A stretch of 64,000 nucleotides of DNA from Eukaryota sp. GEM-RC1. Taxonomy: Eukaryota. Of this stretch, positions 13,034 to 26,800 are shown in pieces. Location of the stretch: the NCBI GenBank assembly GCA_040285855.1, contig JAUFOQ010000010.1:434001-498000 (forward strand). The letters run 5' to 3'. The notes beneath the pieces are model-generated. The model was not told the origin of the DNA, ran no database searches, and saw only the letters and a list, made by a program, of their open reading frames with translations. Positions within the stretch are counted from its first letter, which is position 1. Every line of letters starts with the position of its first letter. The position numbers were made by a program, and so were the translations under genes.

Positions 13034-14675
13034 GTCGTCTTTAAGCCAAAGATCAGCGAAAAATTCACTACCACCACTTCAACCCTTCTCAACAACCAAT
13101 CTAATATCATCTCCTCTTTAAATGAAGAACTGTTCTCCATCCACTCCGATGCTTCTCGTCGTTTGACCTCTCTTTCCGTTGATTCGGAGTCTAGTGTTGC
13201 TTCTGCTAGGCTTCTAGAAGACCCTCCTTTACCAATCAAGTGCATTGAAAGTGTCTGCCCTGTACAACAAGTTGAAGAGAAGAAACTTGTTATTGATTGG
13301 AGCAAGCTTAGCTCTAAGTTGAAGAGTTGTTATGATCAAATGGTGAGAAATGAGGTTTCTACGATCAATCTAGACAGCAACTCAATTGGTAATGAAGGCG
13401 CTATTGCAATTGCTGAAGCTTTGAAGGTGAATTCTTCACTTTCTACGATCAATCTATATAGCAACTCAATTGGTAATGAAGGCGCTATTGCAATTGCTGA
13501 AGCTTTGAAGGTGAATTCTTCACTTTCTACGATCAATCTAAATAACAACTCAATTGGTAATGAAGGCGCTATTGCAATTGCTGAAGCTTTGAAGGTGAAT
13601 TCTTCACTTTCAACCATAGTTGCAAAATACAAAATACAGTATTTTTTTGTATTCTGTATTTTTTCTGTATTATGTTTTGTATTTTTTTCTGGACAAGTGT
13701 ATTTGTATTTTTTGTATTTATTTATCAGCCCGAAAATCCCTTTAATTGATGAAAATGACTGAAGTCATTGAGAGCAACACTCGACAGCGGATCTTTCTGA
13801 TCAATTGTACTATTGTTTGGAACAATTGGCACATGTATTATTTTAACAACTTGCAGAAATGCTAGTACAACTGTTTGCTGAATTTTCGAAACGTTCCAGT
13901 ACAGTACGTCAACGGCGTATGCTAGATGACTAAAAAGTGAAACACCGACCAAAGTCAAGTAACAAAAATTTAGAAACGCTTAATAATGTTCTTTCCAAAG
14001 AGTTGAAAAATACCAAACCATGTGAAGTTGTGCAATCTAGTTTCACTACTGTCAGTCAGTGATGAAGATTTAAAGCCCTGATGAGACGAGCTGCACGACA
14101 CTCAGATTGATCCTGTTTTGAAGATGTACGTGTAGTCTTTGGAGACTATGATTTCGAGTATATACATTTTTACCTACACTCGATGTATAAAGACGATTTA
14201 CAACTAATGTGCGAGACAAAAAGTGTCCAAAGTCACATTGTAAAACTGTACGACTCCACGTCAGTTCTTTCCGTGGACCAAGTGCACATTTGAACCCTCG
14301 GTGCATTTCAGAATCGAAATAACAATTGGGTTGATAAATGAAAAAAGTCTAAGAATGTGTACTGAAGAGGTGAACCATGATAACCCTGAAAATCAATCAC
14401 GTTTGCAGTCATTGGACTCAATACACTTGGTTTAATACTTGCAATTACTAGAAAGAAAAACAATTAATACAGTATTCTGTATTGTATTTGTATTCTGTAT
14501 TCTGTATTGTATTTTTGTAAATTTATTCTGTATTTTTTGTATTCTGTATTGTATTATTTTTTTGTCCGTGTATTTTGCAACTATGCTTTCAACGATCTAT
14601 CTACATAACAACTCAATCAACAGTCAAACACAACAGTCGTTAAAATCTCTACACCAGAACAGAGTGTATTTTTAG
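13034..14675 (+). pseudogene. Cassette A6: 3 LRRs plus cap, interrupted by a MITE
   Basis: Same junction. The LRR frame is broken at 13615 and resumes after 14585 (IYLHNN cap). Confidence 0.85.
13615..14585. mobile_element. Non-autonomous hAT-like element (MITE), 971 bp
   Basis: Perfect 17-bp TIR CATAGTTGCAAAATACA, 8-bp TSD CTTTCAAC (13607-13614 and 14586-14593), TGTATT-rich subterminal repeats. Confidence 0.93.
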
Positions 14676-15566
14676 ACATGTTTTTCTTGGATATAAAGAT
14701 CACATTTTTCAATCACAAATAATTTCTTGTCAGAAACACCATAATTAAACGGTGTATGTATAAAACACTTCAAAAATGATTTAGCTCAGAACAATCATTG
14801 TCCCGAACAAAACTCAGAAGTGACTCACCACAGATAATCAAATATCATGGCTGTTTATGTAGATGTTGAGATACATATTTTAACTACTACTCTGGTGAGT
14901 AACACACATCATATTTACTCAGCTGGTGCTTTTGCGATTGTTCTCAATAACACCAGACATTTATTAGTATCTGAAATAGTGTTTATACTATATACTTACC
15001 AATATTTGGAATTGCCAACATTCAATCTCATTATTAACACGACTATATTATCCTTTGAGAAGCTTCACTGTCAATATATGATGCTTGGATAATTCTCAGT
15101 GATGATTCATAAACGTGTTTTTACATTTTTCAGTAAATCTGACAGTGATAGACAAAGAATTACCAAAACTGTTTCATTGAATATTGCAGTCAATAGCAAG
15201 AACACAAATGGCGACGTTGAATTTACGAAGACTCAGTGAAACTATTTTGCTTTCTGCAGTTTTTATATAGGCAAGTATAAGCTATTGAAATTAAAGAGTA
15301 TGAATTTGTGATCTTTGTTAACTAATTGTTGAGAATTTATTCGCAAATTGCAGATATTTTACCAGAAGAAAGAGTGTATGTATAGACTTTTTAATACTGG
15401 TTAGAAGTAATATTATTATTTTGTCTTTGTGTCAAGACACAAAACCGGTTTTTGTACATCTTAACTTATGTAACATATACTAGGTGACACAGCAGTGGAT
15501 ATGTATTCTGTAGACTATCTGAAAAACACAAAACGTAATTGATAAGGCTTTGAAGAAACACGCGGA

Positions 15567-16565
15567 GTCGTCTTTAAGCCAAAGATCAGCGAAAAATTCA
15601 CTACCACCACTTCAACCCTTCTCAACAACCAATCTAATATCATCTCCTCTTTAAATGAAGAACTTTTCTCCATCCACTCCGATGCTTCTCGTCGTTTGAC
15701 CTCTCTTTCCGTTGATTCGGAGTCTATTGTTGCTTCTGCTAGGCTTCTAGAAGACCCTCCTTTACCAATCAAGTGCATTGAAAGTGTCTGCCCTGTACAA
15801 CAAGTTGAAGAGAAGAAACTTGTTATTGATTGGAGCAAGCTTAGCTCTAAGTTGAAGAGTTGTTATGATCAAATGGTGAGAAATGAGGTTTCTACGATCA
15901 ATCTAGACAGCAACTCAATTGGTAATGAAGGCGCTATTGCAATTGCTGAAGCTTTGAAGGTGAATTCTTCACTTTCTACGATCAATCTATATAACAACTC
16001 AATTGGTAATGAAGGCGCTATTGCAATTGCTGAAGCTTTGAAGGTGAATTCTTCACTTTCTACGATCAATCTAAATAACAACTCAATTGGTCCTGAAGGC
16101 GCTATTGCAATTGCTGAAGCTTTGAAGGTGAATTCTTCACTTTCTACGATCTCTCTATATAACAACTCAATTGGTCCTGAAGGCGCTATTGCAATTGCTG
16201 AAGCTTTGAAGGTGAATTCTTCACTTTCTACGATCTCTCTATATAACAACTCAATTGGTCCTGAAGGCGCTATTGCAATTGCTGAAGCTTTGAAGGTGAA
16301 TTCTTCACTTTCTACGATCTCTCTATATAACAACTCAATTGGTCCTGAAGGCGCTATTGCAATTGCTGAAGCTTTGAAGGTGAATTCTTCACTTTCTACG
16401 ATCTCTCTATATAACAACTCAATTGGTCCTGAAGGCGCTATTGCAATTGCTGAAGCTTTGAAGGTGAATTCGTTTGTTTCTACGATTGGTCTAGGTAACA
16501 ACTCAATCAACAGTCAAATACAACAGTCATTAAAATCACTGCACAAGAATAGAATTCGTTTTTAA
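15567..16565 (+). pseudogene. Cassette A7: 7 LRRs plus cap, A/B chimera
   Basis: Type-A upstream spacer and linker, but ISLYNN x4, FVSTIGLGNN and the cap QIQQSLKSLHKNRIRF plus 3' flank are type B. Confidence 0.85.
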
Positions 16566-17125
16566 AGATATTTTCCTCTGATATAAAGATCACCCCATTA
16601 TAAGTCGCACATGAAGAAATATCAATGTTGTTTAGCAGTTGTTGATACACAGATTGATTTTCAGTTTTACCCGGTAATTAAGACTCGTCATATCGAAAAG
16701 TTCATTTGCTATTGTTTTCAACAACACCAGGTATTAATTGGTATCTGGAAATGATGTAACATTATACTATATTTTTCGAAATATTTCGAATCACCGACAC
16801 ATTGTCTCGTTGTTAACACGGTTACATTTTTTCTCAAAAAACAGCTTAATCGTCCTTGAGTTGAGTGATGCTTTGATTATTCTCAGTGATATAAAAGATG
16901 TACAGTATCCTTTTGTATGTGTTCCATAGATATTTTAGTCATGGTAATTTGTTGAATATTGGTCAAAATTAGGTTGTTCGTTAGACTCTGTTTTAGTGAT
17001 CTGTAATTTAATTGGAAATCTTGTCGCACAATTGTCTTAACATACAAAGTAGGTCTTTGATTATCTTAAATCTAACGTTATCTAAGCTTCTCTTCAATAG
17101 ACATGTGTTCTATAAACCGGCTAGA

Positions 17126-17299
17126 ATTTCTCATTTCTATCTATCTAACAACTCAATTGTTCCTGAAGGCGCTACTGCAATTGCTGAAGCTTTGAAGGTG
17201 AATTCTTCACTGTCTACGATCTATCTAGGTGACAACTCAATTAACAGTCAAACACAACAGTCGTTAAAATCACTGCACAAGAATAGAATTCGTTTCTAA
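17126..17299 (+). pseudogene. Cassette B1: 1 LRR plus cap
   Basis: LRR homology begins at att tct cat ttc tat cta. There is no in-frame ATG (the ORF call uses TTG). Confidence 0.8.
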
Positions 17300-17859
17300 A
17301 GATATTTTCCTCTGATATAAAGATCACCCCATTAGAAGTCACACATGAACAAATATCAAAGCAGTTTAGCAGTCGATCATACATAGATTGATTTTCAGTT
17401 TTACCCGGTAATTAAGACTCGTCATATCGAAAAGTTCATTTGCTATTGTTTTCAACAACACCAGGTATTAATTGGTATCTGGAAATGATGTAACATTATA
17501 CTATATTTTTCGAAATATTTCGAATCACCGACACATTGTCTCGTTGTTAACACGGTTACATTTTTTCTCAAAAAACAGCTTAATCGTCCTTGAGTTGAGT
17601 GATGCTTTGATTATTCTCAGTGATATAAAAGATGTACAGTATCCTTTTGTATGTGTTCCATAGATATTTTAGTCATGGTAATTTGTTGAATATTGGTCAA
17701 AATTAGGTTGTTCGTTAGACTCTGTTTTAGTGATCTGTAATTTAATTGGAAATCTTGTCGCACAATTGTCTTAACATACAAAGTAGGTCTTTGATTATCT
17801 TAAATCTAACGTTATCTAAGCTTCTCTTCAATAGACATGTGTTCTATAAACCGGCTAGA

Positions 17860-18033
17860 ATTTCTCATTTCTATCTATCTAACAACTCAATTGTTCCTGA
17901 AGGCGCTACTGCAATTGCTGAAGCTTTGAAGGTGAATTCTTCACTGTCTACGATCTATCTAGGTGACAACTCAATTAACAGTCAAACACAACAGTCGTTA
18001 AAATCACTGCACAAGAATAGAATTCGTTTCTAA
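17860..18033 (+). pseudogene. Cassette B2: 1 LRR plus cap
   Basis: Copy of B1, 734 bp downstream. Confidence 0.8.
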
Positions 18034-18555
18034 AGATATTTTCCTCTGATATAAAGATCACCCCATTATAAGTCACACATGAACAAATATCAAAGCAGTT
18101 TAGCAGTCGATCATACATAGATTGATTTTCAGTTTTACCCGGTAATTAAGACTCGTCATATCGAAAAGTTCATTTGCTATTGTTTTCAACAACACCACGT
18201 ATTAATTGGTATCTGGAAATGAAGTAACATTATACTATATGTTTCGAAATATTTCGAATCACCGACACATTGTCTCGCTGTTAACACGGTTGTATTTTTT
18301 CTCAAAAAACAGCTTAATTGTCCTTGAGTTGAGTGATGCTTTGATTATTCTCAGTGATATATAAGATGTACAGTATCCTTTTGTATGTGTTCCATAGATA
18401 TTTTAGTCATGGTAATTTATTGAATATTGGTCAAAATTAGATTGTTCGTTAGATTCTGTTTTAGTGATCTGTTATTTAATTGGAAATCTTGTCGCGCACT
18501 CTTAACATACAAAGTAGGTCTTTGCTTATCTTAAATTGAGTGTATTATCTAACGC

Positions 18556-20288
18556 ATGAAGTCGTTAGAGTTGTTCTGCACCTTCTGCTCCGTCGCCCTT
18601 TGTTCCACGTGTGCTTTCCTTGGTGACCATGACCAACACAAAAAGAAGTTGCTTCCCTTCAATGAAGGTCGAACCTCCATTGAAAAGAATATTAACTCCA
18701 TTAATCAAGAGTTGTCGTTAGCCATTGAAAAATATCACAGTCAGCTGAAGCTGCCATCCAGCAAGCAACAAATGGTTTTGTCCAACTCAAAGAAAGTCTG
18801 ACTGTCATTTTGCAAGAAACTATGTTAGATTCTGCTACCATTATGAATAACTTACAATCTGGGAAACCTGTCGTGTTTAAGCCAAAGATCAGCGAAAAAT
18901 TCACTACCACCACATCAACCCTTCTCAACAACCAATCTGATGTCATTACTTCTTTAAATGAAGAACTTTGCTCTATCCACTCCGATGCTTCTCGTCGTTT
19001 GACCTCTCTTTCCGTTGATTCGGAGTCCAGTGTTCCTTCTGCTAGGCTTTTAGATGATACTCCTTTACCAATCAAGTCTATTGACAGTTTATGCCCTGTG
19101 CAACAAGTTCAAGAGAAGAAGCTTGTTATTGATTGGAGCAAGCTTAGCTCTAAGTTGAAGAATTGTTATGATCAAATGGTGAGAAATGAGGTTTCTACGA
19201 TTTATCTAGGTAACTACTCAATTGGTCCTGAAGGTGCTATTGCAATTGTTGAAGCTTTGAAGGTGAATTCGTCTGTTTCTACGATCAATCTGTATATCAA
19301 CTCAATTGGTCCTGAAGGCACTATTGCAATTGCTGAAGCTTTAAAGGTGAATTCTTCTGTTTCTACGATCGATCTACGTAGCAACTCAATTGGTCCTGAA
19401 GGCACTATTGCAATTGCTGAAGCTTTGAAGGTGAATTCGTCTGTTTCTCAGATCGATCTACGTAGCAACTCAATTGGTCCTGAAGGTGCTATTGCAATTG
19501 CTGAAGCTTTGAAGGTGAATTCGTCTGTTTCTCAGATCGATCTACGTAGCAACTCAATTGGTCCGGAAGGCGCTATTGCAATTGCTGAAGCTTTGAAGGT
19601 GAATTCTTCAGTTTCTTCGATTTATCTAAATAACAACTCAATTGGTCCGGAAGGCGCTATTGCAATTGCTGAAGCTTTGAAGGTGAATTCTTCACTTTCT
19701 ACGATCTATCTATATAACAACTCAATTGGTACTGAAGGCGCTATTGCAATTGCTGAAGCTTTGAAGGTGAATTCTTCACTTTCTACGATCTATCTATATA
19801 ACAACTCAATTGGTCCTGAAGGCGCTATTGCAATTGCTGAGGCTTTGAAGGTGAATTCGTCTGTTTCTACGATTGGTCTAGGTAACAACTCAATTGGTCC
19901 TGAAGGCGCTATTGCAATTGCTGAAGCTTTGAAGGTGAATTCTTCACTTTCTACGATCTCTCTATATAACAACTCAATTGGTCCTGAAGGCGCTATTGCA
20001 ATTGCTGAGGCTTTGAAGGTGAATTCGTCTGTTTCTACGATTGGTCTAGGTAACAACTCAATTGGTAATGAAGGCGCTATTGCAATTGCTGAGGCTTTGA
20101 AGGTGAATTCGTTTGTTTCTACGATCTATCTAGGTAACAACTCAATTGGTAATGAAGGCGCTATTGCAATTGCTGAAGCTTTGAAGGTGAATTCTTCACT
20201 GTCTACGATCTATCTAGGTAACAACTCAATCAACAGTCAAATACAACAGTCATTAAAATCACTGCACAAGAATAGAATTCGTTTTTAA
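18556..20288 (+). pseudogene. Long 5'-truncated paralogue of the TRIM-LRR gene (half of B-box2, linker, 12 LRRs plus cap) with a 1-bp frameshift
   Basis: Homology starts at the ATG equivalent to gene position 1589, so RING and B-box1 are absent. A5 instead of A6 at about 18728-18732 shifts the frame, which could be a homopolymer error. Confidence 0.85.
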
Positions 20289-20848
20289 AGATATTTTCCT
20301 CTGATATAAAGATCACCCCATTATAAGTCGCACATGAAGAAATATCAATGTTGTTTAGCAGTTGATCATACACAGATTGATTTTCAGTTTTACCCGGTAA
20401 TTAAGACTCGTCATATCGAAAAGTTCATTTGCTATTGTTTTCAACAACACCAGGTATTAATTGGTATCTGGAAATGATGTAACATTATACTATATTTTTC
20501 GAAATATTTCGAATCACCGACACATTGTCTCGCTGTTAACACGGTTACATTTTTTCTCAAAAAACAGCTTAATCGTCCTTGAGTTGAGTGATGCTTTGAT
20601 TATTCTCAGTGATATAAAAGATGTACAGTATCCTTTTGTATGTGTTCCATAGATATTTTAGTCATGGTAATTTGTTGAATATTGGTCAAAATTTGGTTGT
20701 TCGTTAGACTCTGTTTTAGTGATCTGTAATTTAATTGGAAATCTTGTCGCACAATTGTCTTAACATACAAAGTAGGTCTTTGATTATCTTAAATCTAACG
20801 TTATCTAAGCTTCTCTTCAATGGACATGTGTTCTATAAACCGGCTAGA

Positions 20849-23800
20849 ATTTCTCATTTCTATCTATCTAACAACTCAATTGTTCCTGAAGGCGCTATTG
20901 CAATTGCTGAAGCTTTGAAGGTGAATTCGTCTGTTTCTCACATTCATGTCTCTTACAACTCAATTGGTAATGAAGGCGCTATTGCAATTGCTGAAGCTTT
21001 GAAGGTGAATTCTTCAGTTTCTACGATTTATCTATATAACAACTCAATTGGTAATGAAGGCGCTATTGCAATTGCTGAAGCTTTGAAGGTGAATTCTTCA
21101 CTGTCTACGATCTATCTAGGTAACAACTCAATCAACAGTCAAATACAACAGTCATTAAAATCACTGCACAAGAATAGAATTCGTTTTTAAAGATATTTTC
21201 CTCTGATATAAAGATCACCCCATTATAAGTCGCACATGAAGAAATATCAATGTTGTTTAGCAGTTGATCATACACAGATTGATTTTCAGTTTTACCCGGT
21301 AATTAAGACTCGTCATATCGAAAAGTTCATTTGCTATTGTTTTCAACAACACCAGGTATTAATTGGTATCTGGAAATGATGTAACATTATACTATATTTT
21401 TCGAAATATTTCGAATCACCGACACATTGTCTCGCTGTTAACACGGTTACATTTTTTCTCAAAAAACAGCTTAATCGTCCTTGAGTTGAGTGATGCTTTG
21501 ATTATTCTCAGTGATATAAAAGATGTACAGTATCCTTTTGTATGTGTTCCATAGATATTTTAGTCATGGTAATTTGTTGAATATTGGTCAAAATTAGGTT
21601 GTTCGTTAGACTCTGTTTTAGTGATCTGTAATTTAATTGGAAATCTTGTCGCACAATTGTCTTAACATACAAAGTAGGTCTTTGATTATCTTAAATCTAA
21701 CGTTATCTAAGCTTCTCTTCAATAGACATGTGTTCTATAAACCGGCTAGAATTTCTCATTTCTATCTATCTAACAACTCAATTGTTCCTGAAGGCGCTAT
21801 TGCAATTGCTGAAGCTTTGAAGGTGAATTCGTCTGTTTCTCACATTCATGTCTCTTACAACTCAATTGGTAATGAAGGCGCTATTGCAATTGCTGAAGCT
21901 TTGAAGGTGAATTCTTCAGTTTCTACGATCTATCTAGGTAACAACTCAATTGGTAATGAAGGCGCTATTGCAATTGCTGAAGCTTTGAAGGTGAATTCTT
22001 CACTGTCTACGATCTATCTAAGTAACAACTCAATCAACAGTCAAATACAACAGTCATTAAAATCACTGCACAAGAATAGAATTCGTTTTTAAAGATATTT
22101 TCCTCTGATATAAAGATCACCCCATTATAAGTCGCACATGAAGAAATATCAATGTTGTTTAGCAGTTGTTGATACACAGATTGATTTTCAGTTTTACCCG
22201 GTAATTAAGACTCGTCATATCGAAAAGTTCATTTGCTATTGTTTTCAACAACACCAGGTATTAATTGGTATCTGGAAATGATGTATCATTATGCTATATT
22301 TTTCGAAATATTTCGAATCACCGACACATTGTCTCGTTGTTAACACGGTTACATTTTTTCTCAAAAAACAGCTTAATCGTCCTTGAGTTGAGTGATGCTT
22401 TGATTATTCTCAGTGATATAAAAGATGTACAGTATCCTTTTGTATGTGTTCCATAGATATTTTAGTCATGGTAATTTGTTGAATATTGGTCAAAATTAGG
22501 TTGTTCGTTAGACTCTGTTTTAGTGATCTGTAATTTAATTGGAAATCTTGTCGCACAATTGTCTTAACATACAAAGTAGGTCTTTGATTATCTTAAATCT
22601 AACGTTAGCTAAGCTTCTCTTCAATAGACATGTGTTCTATAAACCGGCTAGAATTTCTCATTTCTATCTATCTAACAACTCAATTGTTCCTGAAGGCGCT
22701 ATTGCAATTGCTGAAGCTTTGAAGGTGAATTCGTCTGTTTCTCACATTCATGTCTCTTACAACTCAATTGGTAATGAAGGCGCTATTGCAATTGCTGAAG
22801 CTTTGAAGGTGAATTCTTCAGTTTCTACGATTTATCTATATAACAACTCAATTGGTAATGAAGGCGCTATTGCAATTGCTGAAGCTTTGAAGGTGAATTC
22901 TTCACTGTCTACGATCTATCTAGGTAACAACTCAATCAACAGTCAAATACAACAGTCATTAAAATCACTGCACAAGAATAGAATTCGTTTTTAAAGATAT
23001 TTTCCTCTGATATAAAGATCACCCCATTATAAGTCGCACATGAAGAAATATCAATGTTGTTTAGCAGTTGTTGATACACAGATTGATTTTCAGTTTTACC
23101 CGGTAATTAAGACTCGTCATATCGAAAAGTTCATTTGCTATTGTTTTCAACAACACCAGGTATTAATTGGTATCTGGAAATGATGTAACATTATACTATA
23201 TTTTTCGAAATATTTCGAATCACCGACACATTGTCTCGCTGTTAACACGGTTACATTTTTTCTCAAAAAACAGCTTAATCGTCCTTGAGTTGAGTGATGC
23301 TTTGATTATTCTCAGTGATATAAAAGATGTACAGTATCCTTTTGTATGTGTTCCATAGATATTTTAGTCATGGTAATTTGTTGAATATTGGTCAAAATTA
23401 GGTTGTTCGTTAGACTCTGTTTTAGTGATCTGTAATTTAATTGGAAATCTTGTCGCACAATTGTCTTAACATACAAAGTAGGTCTTTGATTATCTTAAAT
23501 CTAACGTTATCTAAGCTTCTCTTCAATAGACATGTGTTCTATAAACCGGCTAGAATTTCTCATTTCTATCTATCTAACAACTCAATTGTTCCTGAAGGCG
23601 CTATTGCAATTGCTGAAGCTTTGAAGGTGAATTCGTCTGTTTCTCACATTCATGTCTCTTACAACTCAATTGGTAATGAAGGCGCTATTGCAATTGCTGA
23701 AGCTTTGAAGGTGAATTCTTCAGTTTCTACGATTTATCTATATAACAACTCAATTGGTAATGAAGGCGCTATTGCAATTGCTGAAGCTTTGAAGGTGAAT

Positions 23801-26800
23801 TCTTCACTGTCTACGATCTATCTAAGTAACAACTCAATCAACAGTCAAATACAACAGTCATTAAAATCACTGCACAAGAATAGAATTCGTTTTTAAAGAT
23901 ATTTTCCTCTGATATAAAGATCACCCCATTATAAGTCGCACATGAAGAAATATCAATGTTGTTTAGCAGTTGTTGATACACAGATTGATTTTCAGTTTTA
24001 CCCGGTAATTAAGACTCGTCATATCGAAAAGTTCATTTGCTGTTGTTTTCAACAACACCAGGTATTAATTGGTATCTGGAAATGATGTAACATTATGCTA
24101 TATTTTTCGAAATATTTCGAATCACCGACACATTGTCTCGTTGTTAACACGGTTACATTTTTTCTCAAAAAACAGCTTAATCGTCCTTGAGTTGAGTGAT
24201 GCTTTGATTATTCTCAGTGATATAAAAGATGTACAGTATCCTTTTGTATGTGTTCCATAGATATTTTAGTCATGGTAATTTGTTGAATATTGGTCAAAAT
24301 TAGGTTGTTCGTTAGACTCTGTTTTAGTGATCTGTAATTTAATTGGAAATCTTGTCGCACAATTGTCTTAACATACAAAGTAGGTCTTTGATTATCTTAA
24401 ATCTAACGTTATCTAAGCTTCTCTTCAATAGACATGTGTTCTATAAACCGGCTAGAATTTCTCATTTCTATCTATCTAACAACTCAATTGTTCCTGAAGG
24501 CGCTATTGCAATTGCTGAAGCTTTGAAGGTGAATTCGTCTGTTTCTCACATTCATGTCTCTTACAACTCAATTGGTAATGAAGGCGCTATTGCAATTGCT
24601 GAAGCTTTGAAGGTGAATTCTTCAGTTTCTACGATTTATCTATATAACAACTCAATTGGTAATGAAGGCGCTATTGCAATTGCTGAAGCTTTGAAGGTGA
24701 ATTCTTCACTGTCTACGATCTATCTAGGTAACAACTCAATCAACAGTCAAATACAACAGTCATTAAAATCACTGCACAAGAATAGAATTCGTTTTTAAAG
24801 ATATTTTCCTCTGATATAAAGATCACCCCATTATAAGTCGCACATGAAGAAATATCAATGTTGTTTAGCAGTTGTTGATACACAGATTGATTTTCAGTTT
24901 TACCCGGTAATTAAGACTCGTCATGTCATATCGAAAAGTTCATTTGCTATTGTTTTCAACAACACCAGGTATTAATTGGTATCTGGAAATGATGTAACAT
25001 TATACTATATTTTTCGAAATATTTCGAATCACCGACACATTTTCTCCTTGTTAACACGGTTACATTTTTTCTCAAAAAACAGCTTAATCGTCCTTGAGTT
25101 GAGTGATGCTTTGATTATTCTCAGTGATATAAAAGATGTACAGTATCCTTTTGTATGTGTTCCATAGATATTTTAGTCATGGTAATTTGTTGAATATTGG
25201 TCAAAATTAGGTTGTTCGTTAGACTCTGTTTTAGTGATCTGTAATTTAATTGGAAATCTTGTCGCACAATTGTCTTAACATACAAAGTAGGTCTTTGATT
25301 ATCTTAAATCTAACGTTATCTAAGCTTCTCTTCAATAGACATGTGTTCTATAAACCGGCTAGAATTTCTCATTTCTATCTATCTAACAACTCAATTGTTC
25401 CTGAAGGCGCTATTGCAATTGCTGAAGCTTTGAAGGTGAATTCGTCTGTTTCTCACATTCATGTCTCTTACAACTCAATTGGTAATGAAGGCGCTATTGC
25501 AATTGCTGAAGCTTTGAAGGTGAATTCTTCAGTTTCTACGATTTATCTATATAACAACTCAATTGGTAATGAAGGCGCTATTGCAATTGCTGAAGCTTTG
25601 AAGGTGAATTCTTCACTGTCTACGATCTATCTAGGTAACAACTCAATCAACAGTCAAATACAACAGTCATTAAAATCACTGCACAAGAATAGAATTCGTT
25701 TTTAAAGATATTTTCCTCTGATATAAAGATCACCCCATTATAAGTCGCACATGAAGAAATATCAATGTTGTTTAGCAGTTGTTGATACACAGATTGATTT
25801 TCAGTTTTACCCGGTAATTAAGACTCGTCATGTCATATCGAAAAGTTCATTTGCTATTGTTTTCAACAACACCAGGTATTAATTGGTATCTGGAAATGAT
25901 GTAACATTATACTATATTTTTCGAAATATTTCGAATCACCGACACATTGTCTCGTTGTTAACACGGTTACATTTTTTCTCAAAAAACAGCTTAATCGTCC
26001 TTGAGTTGAGTGATGCTTTGATTATTCTCAGTGATATAAAAGATGTACAGTATCCTTTTGTATGTGTTCCATAGATATTTTAGTCATGGTAATTTGTTGA
26101 ATATTGGTCAAAATTAGGTTGTTCGTTAGACTCTGTTTTAGTGATCTGTAATTTAATTGGAAATCTTGTCGCACAATTGTCTTAACATACAAAGTAGGTC
26201 TTTGATTATCTTAAATCTAACGTTATCTAAGCTTCTCTTCAATAGACATGTGTTCTATAAACCGGCTAGAATTTCTCATTTCTATCTATCTAACAACTCA
26301 ATTGTTCCTGAAGGCGCTATTGCAATTGCTGAAGCTTTGAAGGTGAATTCGTCTGTTTCTCACATTCATGTCTCTTACAACTCAATTGGTAATGAAGGCG
26401 CTATTGCAATTGCTGAAGCTTTGAAGGTGAATTCTTCAGTTTCTACGATTTATCTATATAACAACTCAATTGGTAATGAAGGCGCTATTGCAATTGCTGA
26501 AGCTTTGAAGGTGAATTCTTCAGTTTCTAAGATTATTCTAGATATCAACTCAATTAACAGTCAAACACAGCAGTCATTAAAATCACTGCACAAGAATAGA
26601 ATTCGTTTCTGAAGATATTTTCCTCAGTTATAAAGATCACCCCATTTTCAGTCACACATGAACAAATATCAAAGCGGTTTAAAAGTTGTTCATACACATA
26701 TTTATTTTCAGTTTTACCTGATCATCAAGACACGTCATATCAAAAGTTCATTTGCTATTGTTTTCAACAACACCACGTATTAATTGGTATCTGGAAATGA

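Larger units (their letters stand above)
1904..16565 (+). repeat. Tandem array A: units of about 1303 + n x 84 bp (about 890-bp 3' flank, about 320-bp linker-coding segment, variable LRR block)
   Basis: Stop codons at 2650, 4373, 6179, 7985, 9623, 11262, 14675 and 16565. Periods of 1723, 1806, 1806, 1638 and 1639 differ by multiples of 84 bp (plus or minus 1). The sixth unit carries two MITEs. Confidence 0.95.

Noticed and set aside
2773..26074. Repeated 112-aa (spacer A) and 63-aa (spacer B) ORFs as genes
   Set aside because: They start with TTG, have no recognisable domain and recur only because the spacer is duplicated. They are broken in more diverged units (14847, about 18200, about 26780) and are not conserved as full ORFs between the homologous A and B spacers.
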